In this document: positions 14,013 through 24,200 of the stretch, one piece after another
Position numbering within the stretch: the stretch's first letter is position 1
Layout of the letters: each line of letters starts with the position of its first letter
NCBI GenBank assembly: GCA_007131555.1
Contig: SLQH01000477.1
Location: forward strand, 1 to 30,626
Source: Planctomycetota bacterium
GTDB taxonomy: Bacteria; Planctomycetota; UBA11346
Direction of reading: 5' to 3'
Length of the DNA: 30,626 bases
Program-made: the position numbers and the translations under genes
The notes under the pieces: model-generated
What the model was told of the DNA's origin: nothing
Seen by the model: the letters and a program-made list of their open reading frames with translations, nothing else
Database searches by the model: none

Positions 14013-16814
14013 TCATCTATCGCTTGGGGTGATGGTCAGGGCCAGGTCCTGTGAGGGGGATGGGAGGTGGATGGTGAGGCGGCCGTGGCGGTCGGCGCTG
14101 CGGGTCCGGTTGAAGCGCTGGTGGCCTGTGTGGAGGTCGTGGCCGCGTAGGCGGTAGTTGATTCCGGGGTGGAAGCCGTCGATGACGATGACTCCGGCGA
14201 CTTGGGGTCGGGGCAGACCTTCGATCAGATGGGCATGCCAGGTGTCGGCTTGGTGGCGGGGCCAGAGCAGGGCTTGGCTGGGGCTCTGCCAGCCGATGGT
14301 CCGCCAGGGGGCCTGGTTGTCGAGTTGGCGATGGCGCAGGTCGGGGTCGGTCCAGTCGATCCGGGCCACGGCGTCGGCCAGGGGGCGATAGAGCGGCCAC
14401 AGGTCGTGATGATCGATGTAGACATCCCACCACCAGTTCATGGCCGAGCCGTAGCCCCCCAGGAGGAAGCCGGCCCAGGCCTGATGGAGCAGGAGCAGGC
14501 CCTGGGGGTCGATGGCATTGCCGGGGTTGTCGTCGTTGCTGCCATGGAAACCGGTCTCGGAGAAACGGAAGGGGCGGGGGTCGTCGGCCACCAGGTCGCC
14601 CAGGCTGGTCAGCAGACCGACGCCATCCTTGTCCGGTTCGGCCAGATGTTCGAAGCGGGGGACGTAGGCGTGGAAGTCGATCAGGTCGAGGGCCGGAGCC
14701 CGCAGGACGCGCGGCCATTGCCGGGGCCGGGCCAGGGATGCGGCGATCAGGCGCTTATCCTGGTCGAGTTGGCGCAGCGCTGTGGCGGCGCCTTGGATCC
14801 AGGCGTAGGCTCGCTGTTCACCATCCTCCAGGGCCAGGCCCTGTTCGCCGATGACCTCGTCGATCTCGTTGAACAGCTCCCAGGCCATGATGGTGGGGTC
14901 GGCTCCGTAGCGGGCCATGAGATAGCGCAGGCGCCGGACGTAGGCGGCCGGCGGGGGGTTGGCGAAGAAGGTTTCGACCCGCTCTTCCAGGCTGTCGCCG
15001 TAGGGGGCGTTGCGGTGATGGATGAGGTCGTGATGGTTGTCGAGGACCAGAGTCACCCGTAGGCCCTGGCGGCGGGCCAGGGACAGGACGCGGTCGAGCA
15101 TCCAGGCCTGGTCGAGGCGGTAGTCGTCTGGCTGCTGGCCTTCGATCTGGCAGCTCCAGCTGGCGCACCACAGGCGGAAGTGGTTGCCGCCGTTGATGGC
15201 CAGTTGCAGCAGGTGCATGCGTAGATGATCGATGCGGTTGGCCCCCACGCCCCAGGCGATGTTGGCCCCGATGGGGATGAAGGGGCGGCCGTCGCTGGTG
15301 GCCAGGAGACGGGGATTATGGGGGCTGATGCCGATCATTCTCAGAGGTTCGGCCGGGGCGACCTGGAAGACCCCGCTGGCCAGGGGGCGGTTGTCAGGGC
15401 TGCTGAGCTGCCAGGAGTGGTCGCCGGGCAGGTCGAAGCGATGGCGCAGGCGCAATTCCTCCGGCCCGGTGGCGGTGAACTCTGGGCCGCTGCCGTCGGC
15501 GCTGCGGGTCGGGCGGTAGGGCCGATAGAGGAAAGCCGACCGGGTCCGTTGGCCGCCGGACGGGTCGGTGATGGTCAATTGCGGGGTGCGGGTGACATCC
15601 AGATGGCGCCAGTCGTCGGTCAGTTCCAGACGCCATTCGGCCAGACCGACCATCAGCTCATCACTGCCGACCGGCTCCAGGTCCAGGCCCAGGGCGCAGC
15701 CGACGATCAGCAGCAGGGCGGCGATGCGGCGGTAGAGGGCCAGATAGCGTGGGCAGACCCGCTGGGGGGCGCAGTGGGCCGCCGCCCGCCGCCCGGCGGC
15801 GATGCGGGCCTGGCGCCGGGTCGGATCATCGAGCAGATCCTGGACTGCGGTGGTCAGGTCTGTGATCTGACGCGGACGGGCCTCGACCAGCCCCTGCTGG
15901 CCCAGATCAATGAGTCCGCCGACCGCCGGGGCCACCACCGGCACGCCGGCCCCGGCGGCCTCGATCGCGGCCAGGGGCTGGCCTTCGTGGCGGGAGGTCA
16001 TCAACAATACGTCCATGGCCGCCAGGGCCTCGGCGGTGGCACAGTGACCGGCGAAGTGGACCCGCAGCCCCAGGGCCGCCGCCCGGAGCTCCAGGTGACG
16101 CCGCTGGTCGCCCTGGCCGCAGATCACCCCTTGCACCGGGCGTTGCTGCTGGAGGGCTGCCAGGCAGTCCAGCCACAGGTCACCATCCTTGACCGGGGCC
16201 AAGCGCCCCAGAAAGCCGATGCGGGGCCGGTGCGGGTCGAGCTGGTCATGCCAGGGGGCGCTGTGGGGCGTGACCGGCCGCACCGGGACCGGCAGGCAGT
16301 GCCAGGCCGGGGGTCGGCCCAGGTGAAAGTGGTCGCGCAGGGTCTGCACCAGGGTCGGGGTCAGGCTGTGGCAATGGCCGTAGCGGGCTGCCAGGCGCTC
16401 ACCAGCCAGGATCGCCTGGGCGATCAGGGGATGGAAATGGCCGCTCAAGACATGGCCGTGATAGCTGTGCAGGCAGGGCAGGGCCAGATGACGGGCGATC
16501 AGGCGCCCCATCAGGCCGGCCTTGGCGGTATGGGTATGGAGGAGGTCAGGACGCAGGCACCGTAGGCGACGGGTGAGGTGCTGGGCAGCCCTGATCTCGG
16601 CCCAGGGGTCGATGCGCCGGGCCAGCCCCGGCACCGCCTCGACCCTGATGCCGGCTGCGGTGAGCTGCGGGGTGAAGTCCGGCTCATCTGCCGCCACGCT
16701 ACCGCTGAGGACTCTGACCTCATGGCCCATGCTCTGGGCGTGGGTCGCCAGTTCGACCAGCACTCGGGCCGGGCCGCCATCATTGAGACGGGCGATGAGG
16801 TGGATGATCCGCAC
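14013..16814 (-). CDS. Fusion of a GT4 glycosyltransferase, a hydrophobic linker and a DUF5060-like plus clan GH-A (GH5-like) glycoside hydrolase
   Basis: N half has IIHLIARLNDGGPAR, HTHTAKAG, GRLAPVKD and EGQPLAAIE. C half has DGRPFIPIGAN, WELFNE (acid/base) and FSETG (nucleophile). GTG start at 16814 with GGAG SD. Confidence 0.85.
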   Translation of the reverse strand: MRIIHLIARLNDGGPARVLVELATHAQSMGHEVRVLSGSVAADEPDFTPQLTAAGIRVEAVPGLARRIDPWAEIRAAQHLTRRLRCLRPDLLHTHTAKAGLMGRLIARHLALPCLHSYHGHVLSGHFHPLIAQAILAGERLAARYGHCHSLTPTLVQTLRDHFHLGRPPAWHCLPVPVRPVTPHSAPWHDQLDPHRPRIGFLGRLAPVKDGDLWLDCLAALQQQRPVQGVICGQGDQRRHLELRAAALGLRVHFAGHCATAEALAAMDVLLMTSRHEGQPLAAIEAAGAGVPVVAPAVGGLIDLGQQGLVEARPRQITDLTTAVQDLLDDPTRRQARIAAGRRAAAHCAPQRVCPRYLALYRRIAALLLIVGCALGLDLEPVGSDELMVGLAEWRLELTDDWRHLDVTRTPQLTITDPSGGQRTRSAFLYRPYRPTRSADGSGPEFTATGPEELRLRHRFDLPGDHSWQLSSPDNRPLASGVFQVAPAEPLRMIGISPHNPRLLATSDGRPFIPIGANIAWGVGANRIDHLRMHLLQLAINGGNHFRLWCASWSCQIEGQQPDDYRLDQAWMLDRVLSLARRQGLRVTLVLDNHHDLIHHRNAPYGDSLEERVETFFANPPPAAYVRRLRYLMARYGADPTIMAWELFNEIDEVIGEQGLALEDGEQRAYAWIQGAATALRQLDQDKRLIAASLARPRQWPRVLRAPALDLIDFHAYVPRFEHLAEPDKDGVGLLTSLGDLVADDPRPFRFSETGFHGSNDDNPGNAIDPQGLLLLHQAWAGFLLGGYGSAMNWWWDVYIDHHDLWPLYRPLADAVARIDWTDPDLRHRQLDNQAPWRTIGWQSPSQALLWPRHQADTWHAHLIEGLPRPQVAGVIVIDGFHPGINYRLRGHDLHTGHQRFNRTRSADRHGRLTIHLPSPSQDLALTITPSDR

Positions 16815-16968
16815 GCCAGAGGCTCCGTGGGCAAGGGGGGGTGATCGATTGTTGCAAAGCAGCCAGGACATCAGCCAGGTGCTGTTGCGCCGGCTCTTTC
16901 ATGCTGACTCCTGAACTCATACCCCCGCCCGGTTTCTGGGCAAGGTACAGGCTTGAGCAGGCCACGAT

Positions 16969-16998
16969 TTGACAGATCTGTAAAGATGCGTATAGCAT
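16969..16998 (+). promoter_or_regulatory. sigma70 promoter TTGACA-N18-TAGCAT upstream of the rny leader
   Basis: Perfect -35 hexamer and a TAnnnT -10. Confidence 0.6.
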
Positions 16999-17094
16999 AG
17001 ACGTCAAAAGCACAGGTCCTATCACATCGTCGTCGGCGGGGTGATGGATGTTGTGCACAGTCTCTCGTCGATATCCGTCAGGATCTCGACGAGA

Positions 17095-17251
17095 ACGCCC
17101 ACGTTGAGCAGGTTGGTACGGTGAAAGTGTTCTGTGATGGTTCTCACAAGATCCGGTATTGATAGACCAAATGCCCTTGAAAGGCCGAGATGCAGTCTTG
17201 TCTGATGCAGTATTCAGCGTCTTGTCCGTAAAGGGTCTCAACGTGGATCGT
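17095..17251 (+). ncRNA. Candidate 6S-like RNA (rod with central bubble)
   Basis: Closing stem CCACGTTGAG/CTCAACGTGG, TACGG/CCGTA, an 11/13-nt central bubble and a distal stem ACAAGAT/GTCTTGT. Lies directly upstream of rny. Hand folding only. Confidence 0.4.
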
Positions 17252-17276
17252 CCCTAATCCATGAAGGTGACTATCC

Positions 17277-18842
17277 ATGCTGTATTATCTGTTGGCCGCC
17301 CTGGGCGGCGTCGTGGTGGGCGCAGTGGCCGCCTCTCTTGTGGCTGTGCGGCGTTGCGTGGCCCATCGCGAGGCGGCTGCCAAGACCCTTGAAGATGACC
17401 GCCAGACGGCCCTGATCGGCGCCCGTGAAGCGGCCCAGGCCGAACTGGAGCGCGATCGTCTGGATCTGGCTGAGCAGCGTCGTGAGATCGAACAGCTGGC
17501 GGCCAAGACCACCCGCCGTCAGGAGCGCCAGGCGGCTCAGGAAGAGGCGCTTGATGCTCGTGACAAGGTCCTCGAAGAGAAACTCGCCGCCTGTGATCGT
17601 CGGGAAGCCAAGCTGCTGCGGCGAGAGGAGGAGCTTGAGATCCGTTCTGGGGAACTGGAGCAGCGGTCTCAGGCGGTCATTGATCAGGAGCAGGGGGTCG
17701 CGGCCCGGCTGGCCGAGATCGCCGGCCTGAGTCGTGATGAGGCGGCGACCCGGCTGTTGCAGCAGCTCGATGCCGAGATGGCCATCGAACAGGCCGAGAT
17801 CATCGCCAAGAAGACCAAGGAGATCGAGGCCCGGGCCAAGGAGGTCGGCTGCGAGATCGTTGGTCGGGCCATCCAGCGCTACGCCGCCGAACATACCGCC
17901 GAGACCACCACCGCCGTGGTCAAGCTGGGCGATGATGACATGAAGGGGCGCATCATCGGTCGTGAAGGTCGTAACATCCGCGCCTTTGAACAGGCCACCG
18001 GGGTCGACCTGATCATCGATGACACCCCCAATCAGATCACTGTCAGCTGCTTTGACGGCATCCGCCGTGAGATCGCCCGCCAGACCCTGGTCGAGCTGGT
18101 CGCCGATGGGCGCATCCAACCGGCCCGGATTGAGGAAGCCCTGCAGAAGGTCCAGCAGGACATGGATCGGGCGGTGCTCAAACTGGGCGAGGATGCCGCC
18201 TTCGAGTGTGATGTCTCAGGTTTGCATCCCCAGTTGCTGCGCATGCTCGGCAAGCTGCATTATCGCAGCAGCTACGGTCAGAATGTGCTGCGCCATGCCA
18301 TCGAGGTCGCCCATCTGGCCGAGGCCATGGCCAGCGAACTGGGTCTGGACGCCAAGCTGGCCAAGCGCTGCGGCCTGCTACACGATATCGGCAAGGCCCT
18401 TGATCATGAGCATGAGGGCAGCCATCCCGAACTGGGGGCTGAGGCCCTACGCCGCTACCAGGAACACCGCCTGGTGGTCAATGCCGCCCTGGCCCATCAT
18501 GAGGGCAAGGAGTCCCTCGGCATCTACACCACCCTCACCGCCGCCGCTGACGCCATCTCGGCCGCCCGCCCCGGTGCCCGGCGTGAGAACGTCGAGCGCT
18601 ACCTCAAGCGCCTTGAGCAGCTCGAGGACATCGCCCTGGGCTACAAGGGGGTGATGAAGGCCTACGCCATCCAGGCCGGGCGCGAACTGCGGGTGTTCAT
18701 CAACGGCAATACCCTTCAGGATGCCGCCCTGCCCAAGGTCGCCCGTGACATCGCCAAGCGCATCGAGACCGAGGTCGCCTATCCCGGCGAGGTCAAGGTG
18801 ACCCTGATCAGAGAGACCCGCAGTACTGCTGTGGCCCGTTGA
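17277..18842 (+). CDS. rny: Ribonuclease Y
   Basis: N-terminal TM anchor, coiled coil, KH domain (KGRIIGREGRNIR), HD motif (LLHDIGK) and C-terminal YAIQAGRELRV, YPGEVKVTLIRE. Confidence 0.97.
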   Translation: MLYYLLAALGGVVVGAVAASLVAVRRCVAHREAAAKTLEDDRQTALIGAREAAQAELERDRLDLAEQRREIEQLAAKTTRRQERQAAQEEALDARDKVLEEKLAACDRREAKLLRREEELEIRSGELEQRSQAVIDQEQGVAARLAEIAGLSRDEAATRLLQQLDAEMAIEQAEIIAKKTKEIEARAKEVGCEIVGRAIQRYAAEHTAETTTAVVKLGDDDMKGRIIGREGRNIRAFEQATGVDLIIDDTPNQITVSCFDGIRREIARQTLVELVADGRIQPARIEEALQKVQQDMDRAVLKLGEDAAFECDVSGLHPQLLRMLGKLHYRSSYGQNVLRHAIEVAHLAEAMASELGLDAKLAKRCGLLHDIGKALDHEHEGSHPELGAEALRRYQEHRLVVNAALAHHEGKESLGIYTTLTAAADAISAARPGARRENVERYLKRLEQLEDIALGYKGVMKAYAIQAGRELRVFINGNTLQDAALPKVARDIAKRIETEVAYPGEVKVTLIRETRSTAVAR

Positions 18843-18855
18843 CCGGAGTCCGCTG

Positions 18856-19518
18856 ATGTCCGCCCAGGCGGCTGTTGCCGACATTCTGCGCATCGACGGC
18901 CTGGTCATCGCTGTCGATGGCCGGCCGCTCTGTCATCCGGTCGACCTGACGCTGGGACTTGGTCAACGCCTGCTGATCCAGGGCCCGTCTGGCTGTGGCA
19001 AGACCACCCTGCTGCGGTGTCTGCTGGGCTTTGCCTGGCCGTCGGCGGGCAGCATCGTCATCAATGGTCTGCCTTTGACCTCGCAGAACTGTTGGCAGCA
19101 GCGCCGATCGCTGGCCTATGTGCCCCAGGAGATCGATCTGGGCCAGGGCCTGGTGAGCGAGGTGATGCAGCGCCCCTTCGCCGTGCAGGCCAATGCCGGT
19201 CGGGGGGATACGGCTGTCCTTGAGGCCCTGATGCAGGAACTGGGTCTGGGGTCGCAGTTGCGCGAACGCCGGATCGAGCAGCTGTCCGGGGGTGAGAAGC
19301 AGCGCCTCGGCCTAGTCATCGCCCTGGCCCTGGAGCGTCCCCTGCTGGTGCTCGACGAACCGTCCTCGGCCCTGGATGCGGTGGCCCGTGATCTGGTCCT
19401 GGCGGCCTTGGAGCGGCGACCGCATCTGGCGGTGCTGAGCGTCAGCCATGATCCCCACTGGCGCTTGGAGCAGCAACGGACCTGCCTCATGCGGCTGACG
19501 AGCGGGGAGGCCCCATGA
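18856..19518 (+). CDS. ABC ATP-binding protein, FetA/YbbL-like
   Basis: Walker A GPSGCGKT, signature LSGGE and Walker B VLDE. Overlaps the downstream FetB-type permease. Confidence 0.85.
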   Translation: MSAQAAVADILRIDGLVIAVDGRPLCHPVDLTLGLGQRLLIQGPSGCGKTTLLRCLLGFAWPSAGSIVINGLPLTSQNCWQQRRSLAYVPQEIDLGQGLVSEVMQRPFAVQANAGRGDTAVLEALMQELGLGSQLRERRIEQLSGGEKQRLGLVIALALERPLLVLDEPSSALDAVARDLVLAALERRPHLAVLSVSHDPHWRLEQQRTCLMRLTSGEAP

Positions 19519-20312
19519 GTGCAGTCGCCATCACGACTCCCGGCATGCTGGTCGCCTACCTCATGGCCCTGCTGCCGGTCCTGGCCCTGCTGTGGTGGCG
19601 GGTACCCCTGGTCAGCACGACCCTGATCGCCCTGCTGCGGATGAGCGTCCAACTGCTGTTCGTGGCCCTCTATCTCCAGGTCATCTTTCGCCTCGACCGG
19701 CCCTGGCTGACCGGCCTGTGGCTGGTGGCTATGATCGTGGCCGCCGAATGGAACATTGTGCGCGGCTGCGGCTTCTCCTGGCGGCGGGCGGCGTTGCCCA
19801 TCGCCGCCGGCCTGGTGCTGGGTACCGCCCTGCCCCTGCTGGTGCTGATGCTGGGGGTTCTGGGGCACAGCGCAGTGCTGGAGCCGCGCTATGCCATCCC
19901 CCTGGCCGGCATGATCCTCGGCAACTGCCTGCGGGCCGACATCGTTGGCCTCAAGAGCGCCTTCGGCAGCCTGCGCCGGGAGCGCAAGGCCTATGAGCTG
20001 CATCTGGCTTGGGGCGCTCGGGCCAGCGAGGCCTTTGCACCCTATGCCGCCGCCGCCCTGCGGGCGGCCTTGGAGCCCACCATCGCCACCATCGCCACCA
20101 TCGGCCTGGTGTCCCTGCCGGGCATGATGACCGGTGTCATCCTGGGTGGCACCGATCCGGCCACCGCCGTCTGCTACCAGATCGCCATCATGGCCGCGAT
20201 CTTCGCCGGCACCACCCTGACCGTGATGGTGGCGGTCAGTCTGCTGCGCCGCAGCGCCTTCGATGTCGCCGGCAATCTGGATGAGACCTTGTTCAGCCAG
20301 CCTGAGGGCTGA
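19515..20312 (+). CDS. fetB: FetB/YbbM (UPF0014) membrane protein
   Basis: Motifs RMSVQLL, GMILGN, GLVSLPGMMTGVILGG and YQIAIM. Confidence 0.88.
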   Translation: MSAVAITTPGMLVAYLMALLPVLALLWWRVPLVSTTLIALLRMSVQLLFVALYLQVIFRLDRPWLTGLWLVAMIVAAEWNIVRGCGFSWRRAALPIAAGLVLGTALPLLVLMLGVLGHSAVLEPRYAIPLAGMILGNCLRADIVGLKSAFGSLRRERKAYELHLAWGARASEAFAPYAAAALRAALEPTIATIATIGLVSLPGMMTGVILGGTDPATAVCYQIAIMAAIFAGTTLTVMVAVSLLRRSAFDVAGNLDETLFSQPEG

Positions 20313-21243
20313 TGCCCTGATCAGCAGTCTTGGCGATCAGGTCCCGGAAGACCTCCTCAAGGCTGCGCTTTTCAGGACTGAACTCGTCCACCGGGCCGAG
20401 ATCAAGGGCCAGGGGGAGAAGACGATCGCGAGCATCATCGTCCAGGTCGATGCTCCAGGTCTGCTCTCCATGCCTGGTGAAACTGCGGACCCATGGCGCG
20501 GCCTCCAGGGCCGTCTCCATGGCCTTGGCAGGGGCCCGACAGCGGAGCAGTGCCCGACAGATCTGGTGGGCCCGGCGTTGCAACACGCCGACTGGTTCAT
20601 CGAGAACTGTGCGGCCATTGTCGATCATGACCGCCCGATCGCAACAGCGTTCGACCTCTGCCAGGATATGGGTCGACAGCACAATGGCGTGGTCATCAGA
20701 CAATTCGCGGATCATATCGCGGAAGTTGGCCACCTGGGCAGGGTCAAGTCCGGCGGTGGCCTCATCAAGGATGAGCAGGGGGGGGGCTCCGAGCAGGGCC
20801 TGGGCCAAGCCGACGCGCTGGCGGTTGCCGCCTGACAGCTTGTGGATATGCCGCCGTTCGACGCCGGTCAAGGCACATCGTTCCATGACTCGCCATACCT
20901 CATGGCGGCGGGCGGTGGCGGTGATCCCCTTCAGGCGGGCGACATGGTCAAGATAGGCGGTGACGCGCATCTCGCCGTAGAGGGGCAGATCCTGGGGCAG
21001 ATATCCGATCAGGCGCCGGCAGGCCAGAGGGTCCTCGCTCTGATCATGGCCATCAATGACCACCCGTCCGGCACTGGGGGCGAGGTGTCCGGCGATGATC
21101 TTCATGGTAGTCGATTTGCCGGCACCGTTGGCTCCCAGCAGGCCCACGACATGACAACGGTCCAGGACCAAGTCCACTCCGTCGAGGGCCTGGATGGTCG
21201 CGAAGCGTTTGCGCAGTTGATGGGCCTCAAGCAGCAGGGTCAT
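20293..21243 (-). CDS. ABC-2 type ATP-binding protein (GldA-like)
   Basis: Motifs GANGAGKST, GYLPQ, LSGGNRQRVGLAQA, ILDEATAGLDP and STHILAEV. ATGA overlap with dnaE. Confidence 0.9.
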   Translation of the reverse strand: MTLLLEAHQLRKRFATIQALDGVDLVLDRCHVVGLLGANGAGKSTTMKIIAGHLAPSAGRVVIDGHDQSEDPLACRRLIGYLPQDLPLYGEMRVTAYLDHVARLKGITATARRHEVWRVMERCALTGVERRHIHKLSGGNRQRVGLAQALLGAPPLLILDEATAGLDPAQVANFRDMIRELSDDHAIVLSTHILAEVERCCDRAVMIDNGRTVLDEPVGVLQRRAHQICRALLRCRAPAKAMETALEAAPWVRSFTRHGEQTWSIDLDDDARDRLLPLALDLGPVDEFSPEKRSLEEVFRDLIAKTADQGISPQAG

Positions 21244-24200
21244 CGTGTCTGGCTCCGGGAGTGGTCATCGCCCAGGCGACCATGGCGGACGCTGACTCCG
21301 GTCTCTGTCCAGATGTCCTGGAGGCCGGCCAATATGGCTTCGCTGGGATGGACCTGCCAGCCATCGCCGCAGCGCAGGGTCAGCAATACGTCATGTCCGG
21401 TCTGCACCAGGGCGGTGACCGGGCAGGTGCCATTGTGGGCGGCCATCAGATCACGGGTCTGGGCAAGGCGCTGTGGGGTCAGGGGATCTTCGGCATCAAC
21501 ATGCAGGGTGATCTCGCGGGTCAGGCGTTCTCCGGCCAGGTCGATCGGTACCATCTCGGCGATGATCAGCGACGGGATCTCCTCGGTGTCGTCATCCATC
21601 GCCTCGCCGTCGTTGGCCTCATTGCCGTCCTGGGTCTGGGCCGGGCGCCGCCGGCGTTGCCGTTTGTCGACAGTGCCCTGGAACAGGGCCACCAGATCAG
21701 GGGTGCAATCAGCAGCGAAACGCTCGCACGGACCGGGTTCATAGATGCCCCGACGGTTTTCACGACCGGCAAACAGCACGCCTTCAAAGCGGCCATGATC
21801 ATCTTCCAACGACAGGATCGACATCGGTTTTCCGGACTTGGTCTTGATGTCGCGTCGTGACAAGACCACGGCCCCGACGATGACATCTCCGGCCGGCCGG
21901 GCGATCAGGTCGATGCTGCGATGGGTGGCGTGCAGATCAAGGGTGGCGCGATGTTCATTGAGGGGATGGCTGCTGATCCAATACCCGGTCAATTCCTTTT
22001 CGAAGGCCAGGCGTTGCCCCAGGCCCCAGTCCTCCATGACGGGTAGGGCCTGGGTCTGGGCCCGGAAGGCCTCGTCTTCTTCAAAAGCGTCAAAGAGGGT
22101 GGCCTGGGCGGCGGCCTTGGTCTTGGCGATGCGTTGACCGCGATCAAAGGCCATGTCGATGGCCGCGCAGGCGGCCTGACGGTTGGGGTGCAGACTGTCG
22201 AAGGCTCCGGTCTTGACGAGGTGTTCAATGACCCGTTTGTTGACGGTGCGGGTATTGATGCGAGCGCAGAGGTCGAACAGGGATGTGAAGGGGCCGTCCT
22301 GGTCACGCAGGGCGCTGAGATGCTGGGCGGCGTTGTGACCGACCCCCTTGATGCCGCCGAAACCGAAGCGGACGCTGGTTCCGGTATAGGTGAACTCCCA
22401 GCCGGATTCGTTGATGTCCGGCGGCAGCACCGGAATGTTGCGGCGTTGCAACTCCTGGGAAAACAAGGTCATCTTGTCCTTGTTGCCCATCTCGTAGATC
22501 AGGTTGGCGGTCATGAAGGCGGCGAAGTGGTGGGCCTTCATGTAGGCCGTCCAGTAGGCGATCAGGCCGTAGCAGGCCGAATGTGACTTGTTGAAGCAGT
22601 AGCTGGCGAAGCCGAGGATGTTCTCCCACATCGCCGCCGACTTCTCGGCCGGGAAGTCGTGGCGCTCCAGGGCTCCGGCGATGAAGCGTTCGCGCAGGCT
22701 CTGGAGCATGGCCAGGATCTTCTTGCCCATGGCCTTGCGCAGGTCATCGGCCTCGGCCGGGCTGAAGCCGCACAACTCGCGGGCGATGTTCATGACCTGT
22801 TCCTGGTAGATGTACAGGCCGTAGGTCTCCTGGAGGATGGCTTCCAGGACCGGGTGCGGGTACTCGACCTTCTGCCGGCCATGCTTGCGCTCACAGTAGT
22901 CGATGTGCATGTTGGCCCCCAGGGGGCCGGGCCGGTACAGGGCCACCAGGGCGATCATGTCCTCAAAACGGTCTGGCTGAAGATGACGGATGAGCTGTTG
23001 GAATCCGGTTGATTCACATTGGAACACGCCCAGGGTCTCGCCGGTGCCGAGGAACTGGAAGGTCCGGCGGTCATCCAGGGGTAGGGACGGGAAGTCGATC
23101 CGGGCGCCGTCGACCTGGGCCGCGATGTCGGCAGCGGTCTTGAGGATGGACATCGTCTTGAGCCCCAGGAAGTCCATCTTCAACAGGCCGCAGGCCTCGA
23201 CCTGGGTCATGTCGTACTGGGTCGCGGGGCGCCCCTTGACGGCGCATACGGGCACGTAGTCGTGGACGGGGCCGGGGGCGATGATGACACCGCAGGCATG
23301 GACTCCCAACGACCGGCCCAGGTTCTCAAGGCCGGCTGCGGTGTCAAAGACCTGCTTGGCCCTGTCGTCGTGCGTGTAGCGGGCAAGCATGGGTTCAGCC
23401 ACGTCATAGGTGTCATCCTTGATCGGCTTATGGCCCAGGCAGACAGGGATGGTGTGCTTGCCGGAGGGGTCTTCGGGGACCAGGTTGGCCAGGGTCTGGG
23501 CATCCTCAGGGGTCCAGCCATAGGCCCGGGCGACGTCCTTGATGGCCATGCGGGCCTTCATGGTGCCCAGGGTCATGATCTGGACCACGGCTTCACTGCC
23601 ATATTTCTGGCTGACGTAGTCGATGACCCGGCCCCGGCCGTCCTTGCAGAAGTCGATGTCGATGTCGGGCATCGATTTGCGGCCCGGATTGAGGAAGCGT
23701 TCAAACAGCAGACCGTAGCGCAGAGGGCAGATGTCAGTGATGCCGATGGCATAGGCCACCAATGATCCGGCTGCTGATCCGCGCCCCGGTCCGACCGGGA
23801 TGTTCTCATTCTTGGCCCAGTTGATGAAGTCGGCGACGATCAGGAAGTAGGCGGCAAAGCCCATCTCGGCAATGGTCTGCAACTCGAAGTCCAGGCGTTC
23901 GTCAGCCTCCGGTGGCGGGTTGCCATGATACCGTTGTTGCATGCCCGTGGCGCAGAGTTGGCGTAGATAGTCGATGTCACTGAGATTGTCCGGACAGGTG
24001 AAGTAGGGCAGGTGGTACGACCCGGTCGGCAGGACATCACTGGCACACATCTCCGAGACCCGACGGGTGTTGCTGATGGCCTCAGGCAGATCGGCGAACA
24101 GTTCCGCCATCTCCTCGGCGCTGGCCAGGTGGAAGCGGTCGCTGGGCATGCGCTTGCGGCGCGGGTCTTCAAGGGTGGTGACCTTCTGGACCGCCAGCTG

